From Gemmatimonadaceae bacterium (GTDB lineage Bacteria > Gemmatimonadota > Gemmatimonadetes > Gemmatimonadales > Gemmatimonadaceae), in contig JANMON010000117.1 of NCBI GenBank assembly GCA_031369265.1, positions 5,985 through 69,984 on the forward strand: a stretch of 64,000 bases of DNA. The letters are read 5' to 3'. Position numbers and translations under genes: made by a program. Shown here in pieces: positions 55,940 to 64,000 of the stretch. Positions within the stretch are counted from its first letter, which is position 1. Every line of letters starts with the position of its first letter. The notes below the pieces were generated by a model. That model did not search any database and had not been told where the DNA came from. It saw nothing but the letters and a program-made list of their open reading frames with translations.

Positions 55940-57711
55940 TCCGGGAGGCCGGGCTGCTGCCGACGAGTAGCTTTCCTTTCATGGACGCCCGCGCCGCAGC
56001 CCACGTGCTCTCCGAAATCGCCACCCTGCGCACACTGCGTGGCGAGGACGATGCCGACACGGCCGCCTTCGAGGGCGCGTCGAAGCAGCTTGGCGCACAA
56101 CTCACACGTCCGCTGGCCGATGCGGTGCGGGATGGTGATTTCCCACCGGCCATCACGGCGGTGCTCCAGGAACTGCTCAGCGACGGCGACTCCAGCCTGC
56201 TCGACGACCTGCGCGAGGAAACGCCGGAAGGGCTGCAGGAAATGCTGCGCGTGCCCGGCCTCGGCCCGTCCACCATCCAGCGTGTGCACGCGGGCCTCGG
56301 CATCGAGACGCTGCAGGAGCTGGAGGACGCGGTGCGCGACGGACGGCTGGCGGCACTGCCGCGCTTCGGCCCCCGGCTGGTGGAGCGCGTGCGCAACGGC
56401 ATCGAGCAGCTGCGGGCCACCGGCGCGCCGGTGCTGCTGCCACATGCGGATGCCGAGGCCGCACGGTTGCTGCAGGAGATCGCCGGGCACGCCGGTGTCG
56501 CGCGGGTGGCCGTGAGCGGCGCGCTTCGCCGTCGCATGGAGACCATCACCGAGCTGGCATTGGTCGTGGAATGCACCACCCAGCCGATCGCAGTGGCGGC
56601 AGCACTCACGCACCTGCGCGGCGTACAGCGCGTGGTGGGTGGTGGCACCCGGGTGATCTCGCTGCACTTCGCCGACGCCACCACGGCCACGTTGCACTGC
56701 GTGCATCCCACGCAGTTCGCCGTCACACTGCTGCGCACCACCGGCAGTGCCGAGCATGTGCGCGAAGTGCTGCAGCGCCTCACCGAGCGCCGGATCCGCG
56801 TGCTGGACGACGAGTTGCGCGACGCCGAGAACGTGGTGGTGCCGGTGACCGACGAGCCGGCCCTGTATGCGCTGGCCGACCTGCCGTTCATCGCACCGGA
56901 ACTGCGCGAGTCGATGGGCGAGGTGGCGGCAGCCGCGGCAGGCTCGCTGCCTGCACTGCTCGACGTGTCGGACCTGCGCGGCGTGTTGCACTGTCACTCG
57001 CTCTACTCCGACGGCGGCTTCGGCATCAGCGACCTGGCGGCGGCGGCGATGGCTCGCGGATGGAGCTACCTCGGCATCAGTGATCATTCCCGCTCGGCGC
57101 TGAACGCGCATGGCATGTCGGCCGAGGCGGTGCGCCAGCAGCACGACGAAATCGATGCGGTGAACGCCACGCTGGCCGGTCGCTTCCGCGTGCTGAAGGG
57201 CGTCGAGGCCGACATCCTGCCCTGCGGCACGGTGGACTTCGGGGCGCCGGTGCTCGATCGCTTCGACTACGTGATCGCGTCGGTGCACACGCGGTTCGGC
57301 ATGAACGCCACCCAGATGACCGACCGCGTGCTGAAGGCGATGGAGGATCCGCACGTCACGATCATCGGCCATCCCACGGGCCGCTTGCTGCTGACGCGTG
57401 AGCCGTACGCCATCGACCTCGATGCGATCCTGATGCGTGCGGCGCAGCTGGGCGTGGCGGTGGAGCTGAACGCCGATCCGCACCGGATGGACATGGACTG
57501 GCGCTGGTGCCGCGCCGCGCGCGAGGCGGGCGTGAAGGTGGAACTGGGTCCCGATGCACACTCCATCGCGGGACTCGATCACGTGTCGCTGGGCGTGTCG
57601 ATGGCGCGCAAGGGCTGGCTGCGGGCCTCCGACGTGCTGAACACCGGCAGCGCCGACGACGTGCTGGCCTTCGCGCGACGCCGCCGCACTGTGGCGCTGA
57701 CCACCGCCTGA
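55936..57711 (+). CDS. polX: family X DNA polymerase with C-terminal PHP domain
   Basis: In the frame of ORF 55375..57711 from ATG 55936 (ATG at 55981 possible). HhH LRVPGLGPSTIQRV, Pol-beta-like core, PHP LHCHSLYSDG..GISDHS..ASVH..IIGHPTGR. Confidence 0.85.
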   Translation: MIREAGLLPTSSFPFMDARAAAHVLSEIATLRTLRGEDDADTAAFEGASKQLGAQLTRPLADAVRDGDFPPAITAVLQELLSDGDSSLLDDLREETPEGLQEMLRVPGLGPSTIQRVHAGLGIETLQELEDAVRDGRLAALPRFGPRLVERVRNGIEQLRATGAPVLLPHADAEAARLLQEIAGHAGVARVAVSGALRRRMETITELALVVECTTQPIAVAAALTHLRGVQRVVGGGTRVISLHFADATTATLHCVHPTQFAVTLLRTTGSAEHVREVLQRLTERRIRVLDDELRDAENVVVPVTDEPALYALADLPFIAPELRESMGEVAAAAAGSLPALLDVSDLRGVLHCHSLYSDGGFGISDLAAAAMARGWSYLGISDHSRSALNAHGMSAEAVRQQHDEIDAVNATLAGRFRVLKGVEADILPCGTVDFGAPVLDRFDYVIASVHTRFGMNATQMTDRVLKAMEDPHVTIIGHPTGRLLLTREPYAIDLDAILMRAAQLGVAVELNADPHRMDMDWRWCRAAREAGVKVELGPDAHSIAGLDHVSLGVSMARKGWLRASDVLNTGSADDVLAFARRRRTVALTTA

Positions 57712-58493
57712 TGCCGGCGCCAGTGCGGAAGTCGACGCCGACAGCAAAACCAAAGGCACAGCCGAAGCCGGTGCAGCGCGCGAAGGCGAGCACACGACTC
57801 GTCCTGCGCACGCGGTTCGCACAGCTCAGGGGACCGGCGCTGCGTGCACACGCCACCGCCGTCTACGCGGAGCTGGAACGCCTGTACCCGAACGCCCACT
57901 GCGAGCTGGACTTCCAGGATCCATACCAGCTGACGGTGGCCACGATCCTCAGTGCGCAGTGCACCGACAAGCGCGTGAACATGGTGACGCCAGCACTGTT
58001 CGCCGAGTTTCCCGACGCCACCGCCTTGGCCGCGGCGGCGCTGGATCGGGTGGAGGAGCTGGTCAAGTCCACCGGCTTCTTCCGCGCCAAGGCCAGGAGC
58101 CTGGTGGGAATGGCGCAGGCCGTGGTGGCCGATCACGCGGGCCAGATCCCATCCAGCATGGACCAGTTGGTGGTGCTGCCCGGGGTGGGGCGGAAGACCG
58201 CCAACGTGGTGTTGGGCAACGCCTTCGGCATCAACGTCGGCGTGGTGGTGGACACCCACGTCGGCCGCCTCGCAAACCGCCTCGGCCTGACCAAGGCCAC
58301 CGATCCGGTCAAGGTCGAGGCTGCCCTGATGCCGCTGTTTCGCAGCGCCGAGTGGACGATGGTGTCGCACCTGCTGATCTGGCACGGGCGCCAGGTGTGC
58401 GACGCCCGCTCCCCACGCTGCGGTGTGTGCACGCTGCGCCCCCGCTGCCCCTCGGCACCACTCGAGCTGCAGGGGCCCGTCACCGAGCTGTGA
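57711..58493 (+). CDS. nth: endonuclease III
   Basis: In the frame of ORF 57507..58493 from ATG 57711 (TGATG overlap with polX). [27 protein letters not shown] (HhH-GPD), [17 protein letters not shown] (4Fe-4S). Confidence 0.9.
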   Translation: MPAPVRKSTPTAKPKAQPKPVQRAKASTRLVLRTRFAQLRGPALRAHATAVYAELERLYPNAHCELDFQDPYQLTVATILSAQCTDKRVNMVTPALFAEFPDATALAAAALDRVEELVKSTGFFRAKARSLVGMAQAVVADHAGQIPSSMDQLVVLPGVGRKTANVVLGNAFGINVGVVVDTHVGRLANRLGLTKATDPVKVEAALMPLFRSAEWTMVSHLLIWHGRQVCDARSPRCGVCTLRPRCPSAPLELQGPVTEL

Positions 58494-58581
58494 CGGGCCC
58501 CGTGAATCGGGTAGATTCACGGCTGCGCGCCCCGGCTCCCAATGTCGGTGGCTGCCTCACCTACGCACTCCGGAGCACCCC

Positions 58582-59043
58582 GTGGCCAAGATCGTCACGT
58601 TCGACACCAACAAGGGCATCATCACCGCCGAGCTGTTCGACGGCGAGGCGCCGCTGGCGGCCGCGAACTTCGAGAAGCTCGCCAACGAGAAGTTCTACGA
58701 CGGCGTGAAGTTTCATCGCGTGATCCCCGACTTCGTCGTGCAGGGCGGCGATCCGAAGTCGCGTGACCTCCCGAACGGCCATCCGCAGGTCGGCACCGGC
58801 GGGCCAGGCTACACGATCCCCTGCGAGACCGCCGGCAACCCGCACAAGCACAAGCCGGGCGCCCTCTCGATGGCGCATGCCGGCAAGAACACCGGCGGCA
58901 GCCAGTTCTTCATCGTGCTCAACGAGCGCAACACGCAGCACCTCAACGGCGTGCACACCGTCTTCGGGCAGGTCACCGACGGCATGGACGTGGTGAACTC
59001 GATCGTCGGCAACGACGTGATGAACACGGTGCGCGTCGCGTAA
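58582..59043 (+). CDS. cyclophilin-type peptidyl-prolyl isomerase
   Basis: GTG 58582 preceded by [42 protein letters not shown]. Confidence 0.9.
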   Translation: MAKIVTFDTNKGIITAELFDGEAPLAAANFEKLANEKFYDGVKFHRVIPDFVVQGGDPKSRDLPNGHPQVGTGGPGYTIPCETAGNPHKHKPGALSMAHAGKNTGGSQFFIVLNERNTQHLNGVHTVFGQVTDGMDVVNSIVGNDVMNTVRVA

Positions 59044-59110
59044 GCGGCTCGCCTTCCCCGATCGGGGCGGCGGATCGTCGCCCTGATCGTCACTCCTCCT
59101 GGACCATCCC

Positions 59111-59278
59111 ATGAGCGCGTCCCATACCGAAGCTCCGAGCGACCGAAAGGCGGCGTTCACCGGACTGATTGCCGGCGCCATCGCCGTGTTCATCATCCTG
59201 TTCACGACCGTCAAGCTGACCAACGCACAGTTCGCCGCCGAACATGGCGAGAAGCACGCCCCCGAGGCCACCAAGTAA
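59111..59278 (+). CDS. unannotated 55-aa single-TM small protein
   Basis: Below the ORF-track length cutoff. MSASHTEAPSDRKAAFTGLIAGAIAVFIILFTTVKLTNAQFAAEHGEKHAPEATK. About 85 percent G/C at third codon positions by my count. No obvious SD. Confidence 0.55.
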   Translation: MSASHTEAPSDRKAAFTGLIAGAIAVFIILFTTVKLTNAQFAAEHGEKHAPEATK

Positions 59279-59389
59279 GGCCGCGCGTGCAATTCCAGTC
59301 CGGGTTTTCGCACACCGACGGCGTGGCGCGGCTCTGCCGCAACGCTGCGAACCCGGGCTGCGTACAGGTGGCAACTCAACCCCGTTGCC

Positions 59390-60067
59390 ATGTCCGCTTC
59401 CGCCCTGACACTCGTTTTGGACCCCTCTGCGCCGAAGGCGCTGCGGCAGTCCGTGTCGTCGCGTAAGGGCGGCCGCGGTACCGTGCCTGGCTCGGCGGAG
59501 GCCAAGGCCTCGGCCGAGGCGCTGCAGGCCGCGCGCGAACAGGAACGGCAGTACGTGCTGGCGGCGCAGGAGGGCGACATGTCGGCCTTCGCGCAGCTCG
59601 TGCGTCGTCATCAGCAGCGGGCCTACGCCGTGGCGCGGGCCGTGCTCCTGTCGCACGAAGATGCCGAGGACGCGGTGCAGGAAGGCTTCCTGCACGCACA
59701 TCGGGCGCTCAGCCGCTTCCGCCCCGATCAGCCGTTTGGCGCCTGGTTGCACCGCATCATCAGCAACGCGGCGCTGGACCTCGCCCGCCGCCGCAAGGTG
59801 CGTGATACCGACGAACTGGTCGACACTCACGCCAGTCCGTTCCGCGACCCGGCTGAAGCGGATGAGCTGCACGATCGTCTTCGCAGTGCGCTGTCGCAGT
59901 TGCCTGATCGGCAGCGGTCGGTGCTCGTGCTCCACGATGTCGAGGGTTACAAGCATGCCGAGATCGGCGCGATGCTCGGGATTCCCGAGGGTACGGCGCG
60001 ATCCGACCTGCACCATGCCAGGGCAGCGATGCGCTCCATCCTCGGAACGCTTCGCCGACCGGCCTGA
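59390..60067 (+). CDS. ECF-type sigma-70 family RNA polymerase sigma factor
   Basis: AAQEGDMSAFAQLVRRHQQRAY, EDAVQEGFLHAHRAL, WLHRIISNAALD (region 2), LPDRQRSVLVLHDVEGYKHAEIGAMLGIPEGTARSDLHHAR (region 4). Confidence 0.9.
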   Translation: MSASALTLVLDPSAPKALRQSVSSRKGGRGTVPGSAEAKASAEALQAAREQERQYVLAAQEGDMSAFAQLVRRHQQRAYAVARAVLLSHEDAEDAVQEGFLHAHRALSRFRPDQPFGAWLHRIISNAALDLARRRKVRDTDELVDTHASPFRDPAEADELHDRLRSALSQLPDRQRSVLVLHDVEGYKHAEIGAMLGIPEGTARSDLHHARAAMRSILGTLRRPA

Positions 60068-60079
60068 AGACCGAGATCC

Positions 60080-60475
60080 ATGCATTCCGAAGATTTCGAC
60101 CGCGATCCGGCGGTCACGCTGCAACTGCGCTCCCTGCTCCGTCCCCCGGCCGATGCCGCGTACTGGGACGGGCTGGAAACGCGCATCCTGGATCGCATCG
60201 TGGCCGATGGTGCACCGCCCATGCGCGTCACGGGTGGATTCGCCGCCATCAGCGGCTGGTGGGAGCCGTTCGCCCAGTGGACTCGCGCCGGTGGCATGAT
60301 TGCTGTTGCCGCGCTGGCCCTGACGGCGTGGGGCCTGTGGGAGACCAGCTCGAGCGACGCCCGGCTGGCGCACGAGGCTGCCGTCGAGGCGTTGGCGACG
60401 CCGTTGGATTCGGTCGGCCGACCCCTGACTGAGGCACCGAGGGAGAAGACGGTCCCCGACCTCTTCCGCTACTGA
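60080..60475 (+). CDS. putative single-pass anti-sigma factor
   Basis: Immediately downstream of the ECF sigma gene. One TM (GGMIAVAALALTAWGLW). No zinc-finger HxxxCxxC motif seen; the call rests on position. Confidence 0.45.
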   Translation: MHSEDFDRDPAVTLQLRSLLRPPADAAYWDGLETRILDRIVADGAPPMRVTGGFAAISGWWEPFAQWTRAGGMIAVAALALTAWGLWETSSSDARLAHEAAVEALATPLDSVGRPLTEAPREKTVPDLFRY

Positions 60476-60858
60476 TGTCGAACACCATCCAGCGTACCAA
60501 GGCGCAGGCGATCTTCTTCCTGCTCGGTGCGGTGCTGGTGGGTGGTGCCCTCGGCTTCACGGCCAATCGGGCGATCGAGCGTCGCGATGTGCTGCCCAAA
60601 TCGCAGCGGAGCTCGCGGACGCAGCTGGCGGACCGCCTGCAGCTGGACAATGACCAGCGCCGGATGCTCGACTCGGTGCTCGACGCCCGCAACGAGCAGA
60701 TGAAGGTGGCGCTGTCGCCGGTACAGCCACGCCTGGACTCGCTGCGTTTTGCGGCCCGGGCGGTGATCCGGGGCAAGCTGACGCCCGCGCAGCAGGCCGT
60801 CTGGGACCAGGTGCTCTTCGAACTCAGCCAGGACAGCGTGAAGCGGGAACAACGCTAG
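60475..60858 (+). CDS. periplasmic LTXXQ-motif (Spy/CpxP/heavy-metal-sensor-like) protein
   Basis: TGATG overlap with the upstream gene. Signal anchor, helical repeats LQLDNDQRRMLDSVL and KLTPAQQAVWDQVL (LTXXQ). Confidence 0.5.
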   Translation: MSNTIQRTKAQAIFFLLGAVLVGGALGFTANRAIERRDVLPKSQRSSRTQLADRLQLDNDQRRMLDSVLDARNEQMKVALSPVQPRLDSLRFAARAVIRGKLTPAQQAVWDQVLFELSQDSVKREQR

Positions 60859-60979
60859 GCCGACATCGATCGAGCCGGGTAAACCAACATGGGCCGCGAC
60901 TCCTGCCTCCGTGCCCCCTACCCCGCCAAATCGTCGTCTATAGGTTCCACATGCACGATCATCACGCAGGGCGCGATGC

Positions 60980-61011
60980 GACGCCGCCTGGCCAGTCCAA
61001 GAGGCGGCGTC
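60980..61011 (+). terminator. 10-bp hairpin GACGCCGCCT-N12-AGGCGGCGTC followed by TTCCTGTGTG
   Basis: Read directly. About 120 nt after the stop at 60858 and about 85 nt before the kup start; could terminate the ECF operon or belong to a kup leader. Confidence 0.45.
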
Positions 61012-61096
61012 TTCCTGTGTGAGGCGAGGTGCTGCGCCTGCAGCACCACGCCCTTCCTGTTCGCTGCGCACGGCATTCGCGGGCGCGGCCCTTCGT

Positions 61097-63193
61097 ATGA
61101 CTGAACCGCAACCTTTTCCTCCGGCGTCGCCGGCACCGGGCTCACCCGTTGCTGCTGCTGACCCAGTGCAGTCCAGCAGTTCCGCTCCCGCCGATTCCGC
61201 GCCGGGCGCCTCGCCACCACCGGCTGCGCTGCATGCGCCGGGGATGACGCACACCACCGGTACACATTCGACCGTCGTGGCCGACAGCAATCATCATCAC
61301 ACCGGTGATCCCGCGACGGGGAAGAAGCTGGCACTGCTCACGCTGACCGCACTGGGCGTGGTCTACGGTGACATCGGTACCAGCCCACTCTACGCCTTGA
61401 AGGAGTGCTTCAACGGACCGCACGGCGTGGAACCGACGCCGGCCAACGTGGTGGGCGTGCTCTCGCTGATCGTCTGGTCGCTCATCCTCGTGGTGAGCGT
61501 GAAGTACATCGGCTTCATCCTCCGTGCCGACAACCGCGGCGAGGGTGGCATCCTGGCGCTGCTTGCGCTCCTGCTGCAGAAAACCGGCGGCATGATGGGC
61601 GCCGGACAGGAGAAGCTGAAGAAACGCATCATCGCCCTCGCCCTCTTCGGCGCGGCGCTCCTGTACGGTGACGGGATCATCACACCGGCGGTGTCGGTGC
61701 TCGGCGCCGTGGAAGGTGTGAGTGTGATCGCACCGAGCCTGCAGAACCTGGTGGTGCCGATCTCGATCTTCCTGCTGCTGGCCCTCTTCGGCGCCCAGCG
61801 ATTCGGCACGGACCGTGTCGGCAAGGCATTCGGCCCGATCATGTTCGTGTGGTTCGCGAGCATCGCCGCCCTCGGCGTGCCCCACGTGCTCGAGCACCCC
61901 GAGGTGCTGCGCGCACTCTCCCCGACGTACGCCGTCATGTTCGGGATCGAGCACGGCTGGCACGCGTTTGTGCTGCTTGGCGGCGTGGTGTTGGCAGTGA
62001 CGGGTGCCGAAGCGCTCTACGCCGACATGGGCCACTTCGGAAAGCGGCCGATCCGGCTGGCGTGGCTGATGCTCGTCTTCCCGTGCCTGCTGCTCTATTA
62101 CTTCGGCCAGGGTGCCGTGCTGATGAGCGACGCGGGTGCGCGCGCCAATCCCTTCTATTCGCTGGCGCCGGGTGTGCTCCAGGTTCCGCTCCTGATCCTG
62201 GCCACGATGGCCGCGATCATCGCCAGTCAGGCGCTCATTTCCGGCGCCTTCTCGATCACCCAGCAGAGCGTGCAACTCGGCTACTCGCCGCGGGTCACGA
62301 TCGTCCACACCTCCGAGCAGCAGTCAGGGCAGATCTACATTCCGGAGATCAATACCCTGCTCGCGATTGGCACGGTGCTGGTCGTCCTCGGCTTCAAGTC
62401 TTCGAGCGCGCTGGCAGCGGCGTACGGCATCGCAGTGACGGGCACGATGGCGATCACGACGCTCCTGTTCTACCAGATCTGCATCCTCCGCTGGAACTGG
62501 CCGCGGTGGCGTGCCATGACCCTGGCCGGAATCTTCCTGTCGATCGACCTGGCCTTCCTCGGCGCCAACATGCTCAAGATCCTGCAGGGCGGCTGGGTGC
62601 CGCTGTTGGTCGGCGCGGGCATCTACACGTTGATGACGACCTGGAAGCGCGGGCGCGAGGCCGTCGGCCAGCTCCTCCGCCGAAGCACGCTGCCCACCGA
62701 GCTCTTTCTGTCGGACATCAAGCGCAAGGAGCCGGTGCGCGTGGCTGGTACGGCGGTCTTCATGACCTCCGACGCCGACGGCATTCCTCCGGTGCTGCTG
62801 CACCACCTGAAGCACAACAAGGTGCTGCACGAGCAGGTGGTGCTCCTCAGCGTGGTATCGAAGCCGGTGCCGTACATCGACGCGGGGATGCGTGTGACCG
62901 TCGAGGCGCTCGGGGCCGGGTTCTGGCGCCTCCGTGCGTATTACGGCTTCATGCAGTCGCCCGAGATGCGCGACATCATGACCAGCGCGCGCGGATCTGG
63001 CCTGATCTGTTCGACCGGCACCACCAGCTACTTCCTTGGCCGGGAACAGCTGTTGCCGAATGGGCCGGCCCGCATGTCGCGCTGGCGCAAGAAGTTGTTC
63101 ATCCTGATGACGCGGAACGCCCGTTCCGCCACCGCGTTCTTCAAGATTCCACCGGGACGAGTGGTGGAACTTGGCACGCAGATCGAGATCTGA
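61097..63193 (+). CDS. kup: KUP/HAK/KT potassium uptake transporter
   Basis: ORF 61019..63193; ATG 61097 or a later ATG. LGVVYGDIGTSPLYA, GEGGILAL, GAEALYADMGHFG, cytoplasmic C-terminal domain. Confidence 0.95.
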   Translation: MTEPQPFPPASPAPGSPVAAADPVQSSSSAPADSAPGASPPPAALHAPGMTHTTGTHSTVVADSNHHHTGDPATGKKLALLTLTALGVVYGDIGTSPLYALKECFNGPHGVEPTPANVVGVLSLIVWSLILVVSVKYIGFILRADNRGEGGILALLALLLQKTGGMMGAGQEKLKKRIIALALFGAALLYGDGIITPAVSVLGAVEGVSVIAPSLQNLVVPISIFLLLALFGAQRFGTDRVGKAFGPIMFVWFASIAALGVPHVLEHPEVLRALSPTYAVMFGIEHGWHAFVLLGGVVLAVTGAEALYADMGHFGKRPIRLAWLMLVFPCLLLYYFGQGAVLMSDAGARANPFYSLAPGVLQVPLLILATMAAIIASQALISGAFSITQQSVQLGYSPRVTIVHTSEQQSGQIYIPEINTLLAIGTVLVVLGFKSSSALAAAYGIAVTGTMAITTLLFYQICILRWNWPRWRAMTLAGIFLSIDLAFLGANMLKILQGGWVPLLVGAGIYTLMTTWKRGREAVGQLLRRSTLPTELFLSDIKRKEPVRVAGTAVFMTSDADGIPPVLLHHLKHNKVLHEQVVLLSVVSKPVPYIDAGMRVTVEALGAGFWRLRAYYGFMQSPEMRDIMTSARGSGLICSTGTTSYFLGREQLLPNGPARMSRWRKKLFILMTRNARSATAFFKIPPGRVVELGTQIEI

Positions 63194-63288
63194 ATTCATT
63201 CGCAGGCCCCGGCGACGCGCCGCCACTACGGCGGCCAGCGCACCGGTTCGATGTCAGTGACACCCTTTCCGCCACGATGAGGCTTCCC

Positions 63289-64000
63289 ATGCGCGCGCTG
63301 TTGCTTCCCCTCGCTGTCATCGCCACGTCGGCATGCACCGCCCTCGGCGCCGACGCGCAGTCAGGGCCGAGCGCCCAGATCGATACCACACCGAGCCGGT
63401 TGATCCCGGCGCGCAGCGCCTCGTTCGAGGGGAAACTCAGCGTGCCGGCCGGCTTCACGGTGACGAAGTTCGCGACGGTGCCGAACGCCCGCGCGATGGT
63501 GGTGGGGCCCGACGGTAGCGTCTACGTCAGCACGCCGGGACGCAACGCGATCACGCGGCTGCAGGACACCAATGGCGACGGTGTCGCCGATTCCAACACG
63601 GTGGTGCTCACGGGCCTCGACCGCCCGCATGGCATGGCGTTCCACAAGGGCAAGTTCTACGTCGCCAACACCGGCGGCGTGGTGCGCTACGCGCTCACCA
63701 GCAACGTGCCCTCCGGCGCACCGGAACAGCTGAACCGCTACGACGCCGGCAAGAATCACTGGACGCGCAGCATCCTGTTCGGCGCCGACAACCGCATGTA
63801 CATCAGCATCGGCAGCAGCTGCAACATCTGCGTCGAGACCACCCAGGATCGCGCAGCGGTGATGGTCTATGACGAGAATGGCCAGAACGGTCGCCTGTAC
63901 AGCAGCGGATTGCGCAATGCGGTCGGCATGGCACTCCATCCGTCGACCAAGGCGATCTGGGTCACGCAGCACGAGCGCGACAACCTGAAGCCCGACCATC
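63289..64000 (+). CDS. PQQ-dependent sugar (sorbosone/glucose) dehydrogenase-like beta-propeller protein; truncated at the window end
   Basis: Not in the ORF track. My translation from ATG 63289: MRALLLPLAVIATSAC..RPHGMAFHKGKFYVAN..HWTRSILFGADNRMYISIGSSCNICVE..GLRNAVGMALHP..WVTQHERDNLKPDH. Confidence 0.75.
   Translation, partial: MRALLLPLAVIATSACTALGADAQSGPSAQIDTTPSRLIPARSASFEGKLSVPAGFTVTKFATVPNARAMVVGPDGSVYVSTPGRNAITRLQDTNGDGVADSNTVVLTGLDRPHGMAFHKGKFYVANTGGVVRYALTSNVPSGAPEQLNRYDAGKNHWTRSILFGADNRMYISIGSSCNICVETTQDRAAVMVYDENGQNGRLYSSGLRNAVGMALHPSTKAIWVTQHERDNLKPDH

Noticed and set aside
60859-61096. Possible c-di-AMP (ydaO/kimA-type) riboswitch in the 238-nt leader of kup
   Set aside because: I could not find the conserved pseudo-symmetric core sequences of that riboswitch class. 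The two hairpins present (60980-61011 and 61029-61048) are as easily explained as the terminator of the upstream ECF operon. An Infernal scan would be needed to decide.

Overview
High-GC (about two-thirds G+C by eye) bacterial chromosomal segment, densely coding. I recognised no rRNA, tRNA, CRISPR array, transposase, integrase or phage genes. Many long ORFs in the track are antisense or alternate-frame shadows typical of GC-rich DNA. Three blocks. (1) 1..31299 is a mosaic, multi-operon exopolysaccharide island of the exosortase/PEP-CTERM type. It holds a truncated NtrC-type sigma-54 activator (PrsR-like), a Wzz/BY-kinase, a Wza-like exporter, an initiating sugar transferase, several GT2/GT4 enzymes and a Wzx flippase. 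It also holds a Wzy/O-antigen-ligase-like protein, three independent O-acyl-transfer systems, a methyltransferase, three Big_2 proteins, exosortase plus EpsI, YggT and one PEP-CTERM substrate. (2) 31562..38579 holds an ArsR::methyltransferase (SahR-like)-metF-metH operon and a divergent acyl-CoA dehydrogenase. (3) 38689..64000 is mostly housekeeping. It starts with a tightly coupled membrane protein-DUF4129-DUF4350-MoxR-DUF58 operon, convergent with an RDD::SpoIIM-like fusion. After that come HU with a Lys/Ala tail, a SIMPL protein, an OPT transporter and two tandem fasciclin genes. Then a frameshifted amidohydrolase, an M42 peptidase, an HDAC-like deacetylase and a hydrolase-PolX-Nth operon. 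Last are cyclophilin, an ECF sigma module, Kup and a truncated PQQ-type sugar dehydrogenase. I see no clear-cut new defence or mobile system. The best candidates for under-described biology are the MoxR/DUF58/DUF4129/DUF4350/RDD::SpoIIM membrane module, the possible sigma-54 wiring of the EPS island, and a REC-degenerate-GGDEF protein with a retained I-site. Others are a GtrB-like GT2 coupled to an unassigned polytopic membrane protein, and a Big_2-flanked secreted enzyme of unknown family. All family calls come from motif recognition by eye, with no database search. Start codons are often uncertain.
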